A stretch of 51,826 bases of DNA. Origin: a virus (lineage: Duplodnaviria; Caudoviricetes). Location: positions 1 to 51,826 of IMG/VR virus record IMGVR_UViG_3300031902_000012. One strand, 5' to 3'. The notes under the pieces were generated by a model. That model saw nothing but the letters and a program-made list of their open reading frames with translations. It was not told where the DNA came from and ran no database searches. The position numbers were made by a program, and so were the translations under genes. Shown here piece by piece: positions 18,824 through 28,144 of the stretch (the stretch's first letter is position 1; each line of letters opens with the position of its first letter).

Positions 18824-19230
18824 GCGGCTTCGGTTCCATCGCGCGCGTCAAGCAGTTCGGCGCAATCCTGCGCGGGCTTGGCCCCCCTGTGCCGCAAGCT
18901 GGCGTGGTCGGGGATCTGTATATTGATGGGCAGACGTTCCAGCTTTTCAACAAGCGATTCGGAGCCGCCGGGCCGGACCCCTGGGGCCGCTATCTGTTCG
19001 TGGTGCCGCCCACCTACCAGATAGCTTTGAAGTGGTTCACGGCATCCGCACCGGCGAAGGATCTCGGCGTGAACGGCGATTACTGCCTGCTGTGGGGCGG
19101 CTACCCAAACTACGGCCTGCAGCCCTCAATCTTCGGGCCTAAAGCCGCCGGCGCGTGGCCGGGGTCTGCAACGCCGGTCGCCGTGACGCTGAATCCTCTC
19201 TACACCGGAGAGGACGTGCATGGCATATAG
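18820..19230 (+). CDS. Tail/fibre adaptor-like protein, paralogue A2
   Basis: MSGFGSIARVKQFGAILRGLGPPVPQAGVVGDLY, closely matching the start of 17112. Confidence 0.8.
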   Translation: MSGFGSIARVKQFGAILRGLGPPVPQAGVVGDLYIDGQTFQLFNKRFGAAGPDPWGRYLFVVPPTYQIALKWFTASAPAKDLGVNGDYCLLWGGYPNYGLQPSIFGPKAAGAWPGSATPVAVTLNPLYTGEDVHGI

Positions 19231-20380
19231 CCCGACTACAGACTTCGTCGGACTTTGGCGCGCGAGCGGCGGTAACGTTTCGAAGCTCGAAATGCCGGGC
19301 CTGGATTTCGTCGTCGCGGCTCTCGGCCGCGCGGGGCTGATCACGGTCACCGCATCGGCGACCGCGCCAGTCGCCAACCAGGCGACCACAGCGTGGCTGC
19401 ACACGGCGTCGCCGAGTTCGAGCGCCGAAGGTGCGCTGAACCTCTGGAACGCGTCCGCGAGCGCCTACGCGCCCGCCACACCCCCACTGTTCCTGGCCTT
19501 CCTGGACGCGTGCACGGGCGCCAACGGGGTGTCGTGGTGGACGTCCACCGGCGGTCCGCCGTTGAACACCGTGGGCCTGAATGGAGACTTCGCCGTCCGG
19601 CTCGACCAACCAGGCGGCATCTACGGGCCGAAGGTCGCGGGCGCGTGGCCCGCAACGCCGCTGCCCGGCACAACGACGGCCTTCATCAGTGCGGATCTCG
19701 ACGCAGCATTCGGCGCGGCTACCGGCGAAATGCTGTTCCGCGGCATCTCGCTATGGCAGGGGCTCCCGATCGGCGCTGCGGACACGATCCTGTCGCCGGT
19801 GTCTGGCGTTCCCGCCTGGCGAACGCTGAACGTGCTGCTTGACGAGATCTTTGGGACGACACGCGGCTCTATTCTGTCGCGTGGTGCGTCCGCGTGGGCC
19901 GGCATCCCGCCAGGGGCAGCGGGCACCGTGATCAAGTCCAACGGCCCTGGCGCCGACCCATCCTATGCGGTGCCTGAGTTTGCCAGCGGCACTTCGATGC
20001 TGTTCTATCAGGCGACAGCCCCGACCGGATGGACCAAGCGAACGGACACCAACGACATCGGCCTGCGCCTGACAGGCGGCGGAACCGGCGGCACGATCAG
20101 CGGCAGTGTGGCCTTTTCGACGGTGTTCGGGCAGACAGCTACGGGCGGCACCGCGATTAGCGTTGCGCAGATGCCGGCGCATCACCACACGACAACAGCG
20201 GATGGGCTGCCGGTCGAATACGCCGGCGCCGGCAGTTCAGGCGTCACTTCCGCGGGCGTAGCGCAGCCGACGCAAACATCGGTTTTCAGCATGGCCGACA
20301 ACGGCGGCGGATTGCCGCACACGCACTCCATCAACATGCAGCTCACGTATGCGGACGTGATTGTTTGCGTGAAGAACTGA
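19220..20380 (+). CDS. Tail fibre protein, paralogue B1, with a collar-like C-terminus
   Basis: MAYSPTTDF...MPGLDFVVAALGRAGL. C-terminal FASGT.MLFYQATAPTGWTK...YADVIVCVKN. Confidence 0.75.
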   Translation: MAYSPTTDFVGLWRASGGNVSKLEMPGLDFVVAALGRAGLITVTASATAPVANQATTAWLHTASPSSSAEGALNLWNASASAYAPATPPLFLAFLDACTGANGVSWWTSTGGPPLNTVGLNGDFAVRLDQPGGIYGPKVAGAWPATPLPGTTTAFISADLDAAFGAATGEMLFRGISLWQGLPIGAADTILSPVSGVPAWRTLNVLLDEIFGTTRGSILSRGASAWAGIPPGAAGTVIKSNGPGADPSYAVPEFASGTSMLFYQATAPTGWTKRTDTNDIGLRLTGGGTGGTISGSVAFSTVFGQTATGGTAISVAQMPAHHHTTTADGLPVEYAGAGSSGVTSAGVAQPTQTSVFSMADNGGGLPHTHSINMQLTYADVIVCVKN

Positions 20381-20387
20381 GGATGCA

Positions 20388-21005
20388 ATGAGCTACGCAC
20401 CCACGACCGATTTTATTGCGCTGTTGCGACTCACGGCCAACGGCGTCCGGAACGAACGCATGCCGGGGCTCGACTACGTCGTCTCTGCGCTCGCGCGGGC
20501 CGGGCTGCTCAACATTTCGGTCAGCCAGACTGCGCCCGTTACGAACCAAGCGGCGACCGCATGGTTTCGTCCTGCGGTACCAACGTGGACCGCGGAGGGT
20601 ATACTCTACCTCTGGAACGCCACGACGTCAGCTTACGAGGTTGCCACGCCCGCGTTGTGGACCGCATTTCTGGTGGGCGCGTCGTCGGGCTATCTGTTTC
20701 AATCGGTGGCGTCTGGCTCTGCCACGATTAACCCCGGCGTATCGTTGCTGGCTATCCAACGCGTCAGCCCGACTGCAACGGCGTTGCTGCTGCCCAACCT
20801 CGGCGCGCAGTGGAATTCGGGCCGCGAGCTCCGGATCGTCGATTTCTCGACGGCCCTCACCGTGCACACCACCACGCTGACGACTCCTGATGGTTCCACC
20901 ATCATGCAAAAAACATCATGGAGTCTGCGATCAACTCCCGACAGCCTTGCAGGCGTCATGTTGACGCCGTCCCCAAATCTCAACTCGTGGGTCATCACGC
21001 CATGA
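20388..21005 (+). CDS. Tail/fibre adaptor-like protein, paralogue B2
   Basis: MSYAPTTDF...MPGLDYVVSALARAGL, paralogous to 19220. Confidence 0.75.
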   Translation: MSYAPTTDFIALLRLTANGVRNERMPGLDYVVSALARAGLLNISVSQTAPVTNQAATAWFRPAVPTWTAEGILYLWNATTSAYEVATPALWTAFLVGASSGYLFQSVASGSATINPGVSLLAIQRVSPTATALLLPNLGAQWNSGRELRIVDFSTALTVHTTTLTTPDGSTIMQKTSWSLRSTPDSLAGVMLTPSPNLNSWVITP

Positions 21006-22411
21006 AGAAGCTGCTTGTTGCTTTTGCCGCGCTGCTGCTCGCGGCGCCCGCTGCTGCTCAGTGGCAGACGCCGAATCACTCTATCCCGATCGGCCAAGGC
21101 GGCGGCGTTACGGGTTTCAACAGCGTAGGCCCCGCGGCGGCAGACCTGCCGCTTGTCGGCAACGGCGCGAGCGCAGACCCGTCGTTTCGTGTGCTACCCA
21201 ACGCAGGGCTCGCAAACCCGACTGTTTCGGTGAACGGCGTAACGTGCGTGTTGGGTTCGTCGTGCATCCCTGGTTTCATGAATTCGTTCACCGTCAGCCA
21301 CGCAATCGCGCCTGCGGATTGCGGCGGCATCGTCCAGATGGGGTCGGGCGCGCAAACGGGATTGACACTGACGCTGCCGGCCAGCCCCCTGAGCAACGGC
21401 TTTACGGGTCCGTGCCCGGTGACGATAATTGGGCAGGCGTCCCGCGCAATCATACTCTCTGGCTTCTCCGGGTTGGCGCTTACATCCCCGAACATGCTGT
21501 GGCCAACGAAGTCGTTTTCAGTGGCGATCAACAGTGCGGGCGCATGGGCACTGACCGCTCCGGACGGCCGCTACCGCCCACTCGGGACGTTGACGCTTAC
21601 GGTCGACACCAGCGGCAGTGACGCCGCGGGAGACGGTCTCGGGGTTGGCGGCGCAACGTCGTTCCGCAATATCCAGACCTGCATGAACGCGATTTCGAAT
21701 TTTTTCGATTTCACGGCCACCGGCAGTCAGCCGACGTGCGGGCCGACAGTGGGGCAGACGTTTACGGAAGCGTTGACGTGGGCGTGGCCCCCGGTAGGGA
21801 CCAACACGCTGAACCTCGCGGGGCAAGGCGGCGCATTCATCCTGCGATCGCCGAGCGCGGCGCCGGCGCTGTTCGCCGGTAACGGCGCCAACATTCAGCT
21901 TACCAACATCACGATCACAGGAACGGGGGCTGGTTGCGGCACTGGGTGTATTCACGTCAGCATGCACAACGCCAGCGTCGTAGAGCCACTGGCGGGCGTG
22001 ACTTGCGACAACACAGGCGCCGGCGGTGCTTGTTTCAAGACCGACATCAACACCGCGGGCGGCGCCCGCCTGAACATCGACAACGGGCTCACCGTGTCGG
22101 GCACTGTCGGTACCATCGTGGATCTCAACGGCGGATCCTCGATGATATGGAATTCGACGCTTGTCGCTTCGGGCCTGACGCTGGCCCAAGTGTTCGCCGG
22201 TCGAGGCGCGGGTACGAATCTGGTGCTCCAGGGCAACTTCGGCGTCTCCGGTAGCTTCGGCACCGCGAGGCAGTGGGCGATCCTGAATAACGCCACGCTG
22301 TGCAACGTCAGCGGCGTGGCCGTCCCCGGCAGCACCGCAGGAATCGCTTCCGGTGCCGGCTTTGCGGCGGGTGTGATCGTCAACAGCGGGACGTCCGCCA
22401 GCGCCTGCTGA
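21002..22411 (+). CDS. Fibre/spike protein with a Sec signal peptide and a probable beta-helix head
   Basis: ATG 21002 overlaps the upstream stop. MKKLLVAFAALLLAAPAAA|Q. TVDTSGSDAAGDGL...FRNIQ is a typical beta-helix cap. 12 Cys. Confidence 0.8.
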   Translation: MKKLLVAFAALLLAAPAAAQWQTPNHSIPIGQGGGVTGFNSVGPAAADLPLVGNGASADPSFRVLPNAGLANPTVSVNGVTCVLGSSCIPGFMNSFTVSHAIAPADCGGIVQMGSGAQTGLTLTLPASPLSNGFTGPCPVTIIGQASRAIILSGFSGLALTSPNMLWPTKSFSVAINSAGAWALTAPDGRYRPLGTLTLTVDTSGSDAAGDGLGVGGATSFRNIQTCMNAISNFFDFTATGSQPTCGPTVGQTFTEALTWAWPPVGTNTLNLAGQGGAFILRSPSAAPALFAGNGANIQLTNITITGTGAGCGTGCIHVSMHNASVVEPLAGVTCDNTGAGGACFKTDINTAGGARLNIDNGLTVSGTVGTIVDLNGGSSMIWNSTLVASGLTLAQVFAGRGAGTNLVLQGNFGVSGSFGTARQWAILNNATLCNVSGVAVPGSTAGIASGAGFAAGVIVNSGTSASAC

Positions 22412-22466
22412 AGGCTTGCCCTCGGCCCCCGTGTCAGGTATGACAGTCTGACACGGAGGCTGCCTC

Positions 22467-23237
22467 ATGGAACCGGCATCGATTCGCTTCAAGAACCCCG
22501 GCGCGATGTGGGGCAACGCGCTGGCCCGGAAATGGGGCGCGGAAGCGAAGGCCGTTGTTCTGCATGACGGACTCGGACAGGGCAACAATATTGCCGTGTT
22601 CCCGACCTACGTCGCCGGGATCTGCGCGCAGCTAGATCTCTGGCGCACCTCCAAGAACTATCACAACAAGCGGTTTGAAGACGCGATTCGGATCTGGTCG
22701 GGCGGCAACTATGCCAGCTCCTATGTCCAGTTCGTCACCTCGCGCGTGCCCGGCATGACCGCAGATACGGTCATGAATGACGCGTTTCTCGGCGGCCCGT
22801 CCAGTATCGAGTTCCTGAAAGCGCAGGCGTGGCGCGAAGCCGGCAAGAAGTACCCCGCACCCGATTCGGACTTCCAGGAGGCGCATCGCCGCGTGTTCGA
22901 CCGCGCCGCCGTCGCGCAGCCGATGCCCGTTCCAGAGCCCGCCCTGCCCGCGCGCGACACCGCGTGGCTGCAGCGCAGCTTGAACACGTTGGGTGCCGCA
23001 CCGCCGCTCGTGGTTGACGGGATCGTGGGGCCGAAGCTCCGCGGCGCAATTCAAGGCTATCAACAGCAGCACGGCCTTGACGTCGACGGTCTCATCGGCC
23101 CGGCGACGCTGCGACAGATCGACATCGATCTGGCCGCGCTCAAGCCAACGCCCGCGCCACCGATCGCCAAGGTTGCGGCGCCCGGCCCCGACTTCTTCGA
23201 ATATCTCAAAGGTTTCTTCTTCAAGACGAAAGGGTAA
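22467..23237 (+). CDS. Endolysin (lysozyme-like N-terminus plus peptidoglycan-binding domain)
   Basis: RFKNPGAM...AVFPT..AG N-terminus. WLQRSLN...LVVDGIVGP...QQQHGLDVDGLIGPAT matches PG_binding_1. Confidence 0.8.
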   Translation: MEPASIRFKNPGAMWGNALARKWGAEAKAVVLHDGLGQGNNIAVFPTYVAGICAQLDLWRTSKNYHNKRFEDAIRIWSGGNYASSYVQFVTSRVPGMTADTVMNDAFLGGPSSIEFLKAQAWREAGKKYPAPDSDFQEAHRRVFDRAAVAQPMPVPEPALPARDTAWLQRSLNTLGAAPPLVVDGIVGPKLRGAIQGYQQQHGLDVDGLIGPATLRQIDIDLAALKPTPAPPIAKVAAPGPDFFEYLKGFFFKTKG

Positions 23238-23243
23238 GCACCC

Positions 23244-23408
23244 ATGACCAATCTGACCGTTCTTGGTGACATCTGCCTCGGGCTCGGCTCCTACGCTCTC
23301 GGTGCGTGGACGTGGCCCTACATCCACAAGGCGGCTCTTGGCGCCGAGGCTTACGCCGCCAAGCTGCGCGCGAAGGCCGCCGCGATCACGACGGCGGCGA
23401 GGAGCTGA
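23244..23408 (+). CDS. Small membrane protein in the lysis cluster
   Basis: MTNLTVLGDICLGLGSYALGAWTWP..., 54 aa, filling the gap between endolysin and holin. Confidence 0.55.
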   Translation: MTNLTVLGDICLGLGSYALGAWTWPYIHKAALGAEAYAAKLRAKAAAITTAARS

Positions 23409-23409
23409 C

Positions 23410-23985
23410 ATGGACTGGTCGGCGGTAGGCAAGCTTGTCGGGCCGATGGCCCCCACGATCGGCGGATTGCTGGGCGGTCTTATCCCGTTCCCCGGCGGCG
23501 CCGTGCTGGGTAAGGTCGCGGGCAGCGTGATTGCCGAGGCGCTGGGCGTCGCGCCGACGCCGGAAGCGGTCAGCAACGCCGTCACGACCGGCGACCCGAC
23601 CGCGGTCCAGGCCAAGCTAACCGAGGCTGAAGCCAGGATGCAGGCCGAGGTCGAGAACTTCAAGACGCAACTCGCTGACGTCCAAGATGCGCGCGCAACG
23701 ACCGTCAAATACGTTCAGGCCGGTTCGAACCTGTCGCTTGGCGCGGTCGTCGTCTCGATTGCGGTCTTGGTGGGGTTCATAGGGCTGTCGTTTTTGGCGA
23801 TGAAGCCCGACACGGCCGGCGTCGACAAAAGCGTGACGCTGTACCTGCTCGGCGCATGGCAGAGTCTGGCCACGGCAGCCATCACTTTCTGGATCGGTAG
23901 TTCGTCGGGTTCGGCGGCGAAGTCGGACCAGATCGCTGCGCTTACGCAGGCAGCTGCGATGCCGGCGCGGCCGGTGAAAAAATGA
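23410..23985 (+). CDS. Holin-like membrane protein
   Basis: MDW...APTIGGLLGG...DVQDAR, two TM segments, then FWIGSSSGSAAK. GAGGAG RBS. Confidence 0.7.
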   Translation: MDWSAVGKLVGPMAPTIGGLLGGLIPFPGGAVLGKVAGSVIAEALGVAPTPEAVSNAVTTGDPTAVQAKLTEAEARMQAEVENFKTQLADVQDARATTVKYVQAGSNLSLGAVVVSIAVLVGFIGLSFLAMKPDTAGVDKSVTLYLLGAWQSLATAAITFWIGSSSGSAAKSDQIAALTQAAAMPARPVKK

Positions 23986-24101
23986 AGGTGCTCGCGATAT
24001 GCGGCGCAATTTTGGTCTTACCCCTCTGCGCACTGTTCGGCCTGTGGGTGTGGGTGGGGCACCTGCTCGACAAACGAGGCCAAAGGGCTACCAGACGATG
24101 A
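23982..24101 (+). CDS. Small membrane peptide
   Basis: ATGA-coupled. MKVLAICGAILVLPLCALFGLWVWVGH. Confidence 0.5.
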   Translation: MKVLAICGAILVLPLCALFGLWVWVGHLLDKRGQRATRR

Positions 24102-24265
24102 AAACGCTGCTCATTGTTATGACCACGGTCGCCGTTGTGTGGTCGTTGCTGGTTCTCGCCTTCAACGCTTTGCGTGCCGGCACCACTGATTTCGTAGGCG
24201 GCTGGACCATCGGGCTCGTGTGGGCGGTCGTCGGCGCCGTGGACGTGGCGTTGTATTTTGGATGA
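24098..24265 (+). CDS. Small two-TM protein
   Basis: ATGA-coupled on both sides. Confidence 0.55.
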   Translation: MKTLLIVMTTVAVVWSLLVLAFNALRAGTTDFVGGWTIGLVWAVVGAVDVALYFG

Positions 24266-25806
24266 CAATGCCGTGGGACGCCCCCGCGAAGCCTTCGCGG
24301 GATGAACTGCGCAACATGCTGCGGGACTTCGATACCTACCGCAGCAAGTTCCTGCGCATCCGGCCGCGCGCCGGCGGCGAGCGCATTCCGTTCGTGCTCA
24401 ACCACGCACAGCAGCGGCTCCACGCGTCGCTGGAGGAGGAGCGCAAGACCTTCGGCCGGGTTCGCGCGCTGATCCCCAAGGCCCGCCGGATGGGCGTCAG
24501 CACCTACGTAGGCGGCCGGTTCTTCCACCGTGTCGGAACCGAGTTCGGGCGCCGCGCGCAGGTCGTGGCGCACCGCGGCGACTCGGCGGCCAACCTGCAC
24601 CGGGAGATCAAGGAATTCGCCACGTCGCTGCCGCAGGCTGTGCGGCCGTCGATCGGTGCCACGAACAGTTATGAGCTGATCTTCGATAAGCTGAAGTCGC
24701 TTTATAAGGTCGCGTCGGCCGAGGGCGGCGACATCGGCCGATCGGACGACTTCCACCTTCTGCACCTCTCCGAAGCGGCGTTTTTCGACAACACCGAGGA
24801 TCTATCGTCCGGCCTGCTGCAGACTGTTCAGGACGAGCCGGGCACCGAAATCATTGAGGAGAGCACCGGCAACGGCCAGTCGGGTATGTTCTTCAGCCAG
24901 TGCGAGCAGGCCTACCGCGAGCACAACAAGGGGCCGTGGCGGCTGCACTTTCTGCCCTGGACCTTCATGCCCGAGTACCGGAGCGAATGCCCGGCAGGGT
25001 GGAAAGCCCCGCAGGAGTTCGAGGAATACGGCCGCCTGCACAGTCTCGACCGCGAGCAGCTGCGTTTTTTCTGGACCAAAAATTACACTATCGCGGTCAT
25101 GAACGGCGGGCAGCCCGAGAAGATTCACCATCTCGCGCGCCAGGAATACCCGGCCATGTATAGCGAATGCTTCATGGCCGATTCGACGCTCGACTTCTTC
25201 CTGCCGTCTTTGGTCACAGCCGCGATGACCAAGCAGCCGGCGCCGTCAGCCGGCGCGCTGAAGCTGCTTTGCGTCGATCCGGCCGGCGACGGCCAGGACA
25301 AGCCGTTCGTTTGCGACCGGCAGGGCTCGGCGATCGGCGCCCGGGTGTGGGGCGAGCTGGCGTCTCGAGACGCGAACGTGGCGTCCGACTGGCTGGTCGC
25401 CACGTTCCGGCGCTTCGATATGGACGCGATCCTGATGGACAACACCGGCGGTTTCGGGCGCGACCTGGTCGCGGGCTGCCGGCTGCGCATGCGATCGTTG
25501 GGACCTGAGAAGGTCGTTCCGGTCGTCTTCAGCTCCGGAGCGCGCAACCAGATCCAGTACGGCAACCGGCGCGCGGAGCTCCACGACAAGCTGCAGCAGT
25601 GGCTCCAGGGCGACGTCAGCATCCCGAACGACAAGATGCTGCAAGAGGAGATGGCGGCCTACAAGTGGGGTGCAGGCGGCTGCCACCGCGACGAAAAAGG
25701 CCGCCTATTCATGACGCCCAAGGAGAAGATCCGCGCCACATTCAGCCCTGCTCGGTCTCCGGACCGGCTGGACGTGGCGGCGATATCGATGGCTGTTGAG
25801 GCGTAG
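24262..25806 (+). CDS. terL: Terminase large subunit
   Basis: LNHAQ; Walker A PKARRMGVST; Walker B LHLSEAAF; ESTGNG; nuclease VDPAGDGQD...SPDRLD. Confidence 0.92.
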   Translation: MTMPWDAPAKPSRDELRNMLRDFDTYRSKFLRIRPRAGGERIPFVLNHAQQRLHASLEEERKTFGRVRALIPKARRMGVSTYVGGRFFHRVGTEFGRRAQVVAHRGDSAANLHREIKEFATSLPQAVRPSIGATNSYELIFDKLKSLYKVASAEGGDIGRSDDFHLLHLSEAAFFDNTEDLSSGLLQTVQDEPGTEIIEESTGNGQSGMFFSQCEQAYREHNKGPWRLHFLPWTFMPEYRSECPAGWKAPQEFEEYGRLHSLDREQLRFFWTKNYTIAVMNGGQPEKIHHLARQEYPAMYSECFMADSTLDFFLPSLVTAAMTKQPAPSAGALKLLCVDPAGDGQDKPFVCDRQGSAIGARVWGELASRDANVASDWLVATFRRFDMDAILMDNTGGFGRDLVAGCRLRMRSLGPEKVVPVVFSSGARNQIQYGNRRAELHDKLQQWLQGDVSIPNDKMLQEEMAAYKWGAGGCHRDEKGRLFMTPKEKIRATFSPARSPDRLDVAAISMAVEA

Positions 25807-25996
25807 AGACGCGGATTATGTTGTCGTCGTCTATCTTGCACCAGCACCCGCTACGCAGGAGGTCCATCGCGGCCCAGCGATCGCCGTCCTCTATCGGGTC
25901 TTCTGAGGTAAGGTAAACCTCGCCGATCCTGACCGAGTATCTCATCTTTCAGCCCTCCAGTTGACATGTACGGCCTCGATCAGTACAGTACGGCGC

Positions 25997-26311
25997 ATGA
26001 CAACGCAAGAGGACGGCATGACCGAACTGCGCACAGAACGAATCGACGTGCGGGGCCTCACCCCGAGCGAAAAGATGAAGCTGCTGAAGGAGGCGAAGAA
26101 GTCGGGCGCGTCGGTGTCAGCTATCGTGCTTGCGCTGGTCGCGAAGACGAAGTTCCCCAACCCGCATCCGAAGCCGCGCGCCGAGGGGCCGCGCACGGAG
26201 CGCGTCGACATCCGGCTGACGAAAGCCGAGAAAGATCGACTGACGAAGACCGCCAGAGAGCTGCGGCGGTCCGCGTCCAGCCTGGCGCAGGAGGCGATCG
26301 AGAGCCTTTAG
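25997..26311 (+). CDS. Tandem ribbon-helix-helix DNA-binding protein
   Basis: Internal duplication RTERIDVRGLTPSEK / RTERVDIRLTKAEK. Upstream TTGACA promoter with a GTAC box. Start may be 25997 or 26018. Confidence 0.7.
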   Translation: MTTQEDGMTELRTERIDVRGLTPSEKMKLLKEAKKSGASVSAIVLALVAKTKFPNPHPKPRAEGPRTERVDIRLTKAEKDRLTKTARELRRSASSLAQEAIESL

Positions 26312-26850
26312 ACCCGAATGCGGAAGCCGGCGCCGCTGAAGTCCCCCTTGGTGCCGTCCTTCGCGTCGACGTTCGACGTGTAGCGGCCCTGGAGTTCCTT
26401 ATTCGCCGGGTCCATACCCGCGTAGGTGCTTTGCAGTTGCTTGCGGTACTCCTTCGCGATGTGGGCCGTGACGGCCTTCGGGCGGGACATCAGGATCGGC
26501 CGGTACGCCTTGCCGACCTTGTCGGTCCCGGCCACGAGGTCATTGAATAGCATAGTCAGGTTCGCGTCCGTGACTTCGCGCCACCCCTTGTTGTGGGCGT
26601 CGGCCATCTCCTGCGGGATCGAATTGATAATCCGGAAATCCCATTCCGGATAGTCCTCGCGCTTCGGTACGAACAGCTTCAGCGGTCGATCGAGCGTCAG
26701 CCCTGCGATGATGCTGTAGATGTCCTGCGCTTCCGAGAACGGCGACCCCGACGCCTTCATGGCGTCGCCAGGGCCGGGCGCTTCGGGAATCTCGCCGGGC
26801 GGGTTCGGAATCAGGTTCGGCGTCAGGCCGGGGAAAAGATTCGACATCAC
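26308..26850 (-). CDS. Head-module hypothetical protein
   Basis: FRIIN...KGWREV...ILMSRP motif of proteins that usually follow the scaffold gene. Confidence 0.7.
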   Translation of the reverse strand: MMSNLFPGLTPNLIPNPPGEIPEAPGPGDAMKASGSPFSEAQDIYSIIAGLTLDRPLKLFVPKREDYPEWDFRIINSIPQEMADAHNKGWREVTDANLTMLFNDLVAGTDKVGKAYRPILMSRPKAVTAHIAKEYRKQLQSTYAGMDPANKELQGRYTSNVDAKDGTKGDFSGAGFRIRV

Positions 26851-27047
26851 TCGGGTTCCTTGAATAGCACCGCGCGAACAGCGGCGTCTTTCGCTTCAAG
26901 AAGCTTGCGCAACGCGACAGTGCGCTCGGGGTTACGCGGTAGCGTGTCGACGATGGTCTGCGCCATAACGCCGAAAGGCTGGCTTACCTGCTGCAAGAAC
27001 GGCGGCAGGTGGCTGTAGGCGAAAAATTGAAGAATAGGTTCCATCAC
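26847..27047 (-). CDS. Small helical-hairpin phage protein, possibly Acb2/Tad1-like
   Basis: FFAYSHLP..L..VS.PF...LPRNPERTVALRKLLEAKDAAVRA. Confidence 0.55.
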   Translation of the reverse strand: MMEPILQFFAYSHLPPFLQQVSQPFGVMAQTIVDTLPRNPERTVALRKLLEAKDAAVRAVLFKEPE

Positions 27048-27670
27048 TTCTTTCCTTTCGCGCGCAGGTGCGCCGCATAGTGGCTTTCAAGGGCGCGCTT
27101 CTCAAAGTCGGCGCGGCCCTTCTCGGTCTTTGGCGCGAACTTGTCGGCCGAACGCTTGATCTCCGCGCGCACGTCGTTTGGCGCATCGGAAAGCTTCGTC
27201 CAGGGGCCCGAGCGCGCGGCGCGCGGCGGCCCGAGGTCATCAGCCGGCGCGTCGGTCTTGCGCGGCTTTTTCACCGGCGGCGGTGCATCATCGTCCTCGT
27301 TTTCTTCCTCACCCTCCGGATCGGGGTCTTTCGGCGGGGGGAACTCGGCGTCTACGGCCTTGATGATGGCTTCGGCGAACGCCTCCGCAGTGGCAAACTT
27401 CTTCGGGTTCATGGTCTTGCCGAAGTCGACGACCGCCTTCGATTTCTTCGGATCGACGCCGTACCAGTCGGCTTTAGCCTCGACTGCCGCGGTGATGTCG
27501 TCGTTGGTGAACGCGGGCGCCTTGGGTGCCGTCTGCACGGCGAATTGTGCAATCTTGCCGGTTACTTCGCGCACGGCCGCGATATCGCCGGCTGTCGTCG
27601 CGGCGTCGAGCTGGGCATTCAGTCCGGCCAGCGCCTGTTCGCGGATCATGACGTTCAAATCAGCGGCCAT
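27044..27670 (-). CDS. Probable scaffolding protein
   Basis: Helical and charged, with a WYG motif and an acidic/Pro linker. Follows GroES. Confidence 0.6.
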   Translation of the reverse strand: MAADLNVMIREQALAGLNAQLDAATTAGDIAAVREVTGKIAQFAVQTAPKAPAFTNDDITAAVEAKADWYGVDPKKSKAVVDFGKTMNPKKFATAEAFAEAIIKAVDAEFPPPKDPDPEGEEENEDDDAPPPVKKPRKTDAPADDLGPPRAARSGPWTKLSDAPNDVRAEIKRSADKFAPKTEKGRADFEKRALESHYAAHLRAKGKK

Positions 27671-27673
27671 GGC

Positions 27674-28144
27674 TCAGACTACTTTCCTGTTGGTGAAGTT
27701 GAAATCGACCTTGGGCCTCGCCGGTTCGGGCGTTGTGCCGTCGTCGGCCTCCCACAGCAGCGTCGCCGGGTCCGGCATCTTGTCGGACGGCAGTACGGCG
27801 ATGATGTCCTGGAAGCTGGACATATAGCGCCAACCGCTCGTCACCGCGATCTGACCGGCCTGCACCATCGTGCCGGCGTAGGGGCGGAACTCCACCCAAT
27901 CGCCGATTTTGACGTCCTGCTTCTGCAAGCCGTCTGCATCTTTGTAAGTAAATGCGAGCGGCCCCATGGCAACGACGCGCCCGGCCATAACGTTGTGCAC
28001 CATCAAGTCGCGCGTCATGTCCGGCGTCAGGATGCCGCCGGCGCTCTGTTTCGGCGGGAACGGAATGCGGATCAACACCATGTCTCGCGTGGGCTGCGCG
28101 AACTCGTGCGGGATATCGAAGCCGTAAAGACCGACGCTGCTCAA
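27674..28144 (-). CDS. groES: GroES-like co-chaperonin
   Basis: PTRDMVLI...SAGGILTP...GRVVAMGP...VKIGDWVEF.PYAG...DIIAV. Confidence 0.85.
   Translation of the reverse strand: MSSVGLYGFDIPHEFAQPTRDMVLIRIPFPPKQSAGGILTPDMTRDLMVHNVMAGRVVAMGPLAFTYKDADGLQKQDVKIGDWVEFRPYAGTMVQAGQIAVTSGWRYMSSFQDIIAVLPSDKMPDPATLLWEADDGTTPEPARPKVDFNFTNRKVV

Noticed and set aside
17112-21005. Diversity-generating retroelement template/variable repeats
   Set aside because: No reverse transcriptase is present. The paralogues differ at all base types, and the similarity is N-terminal.
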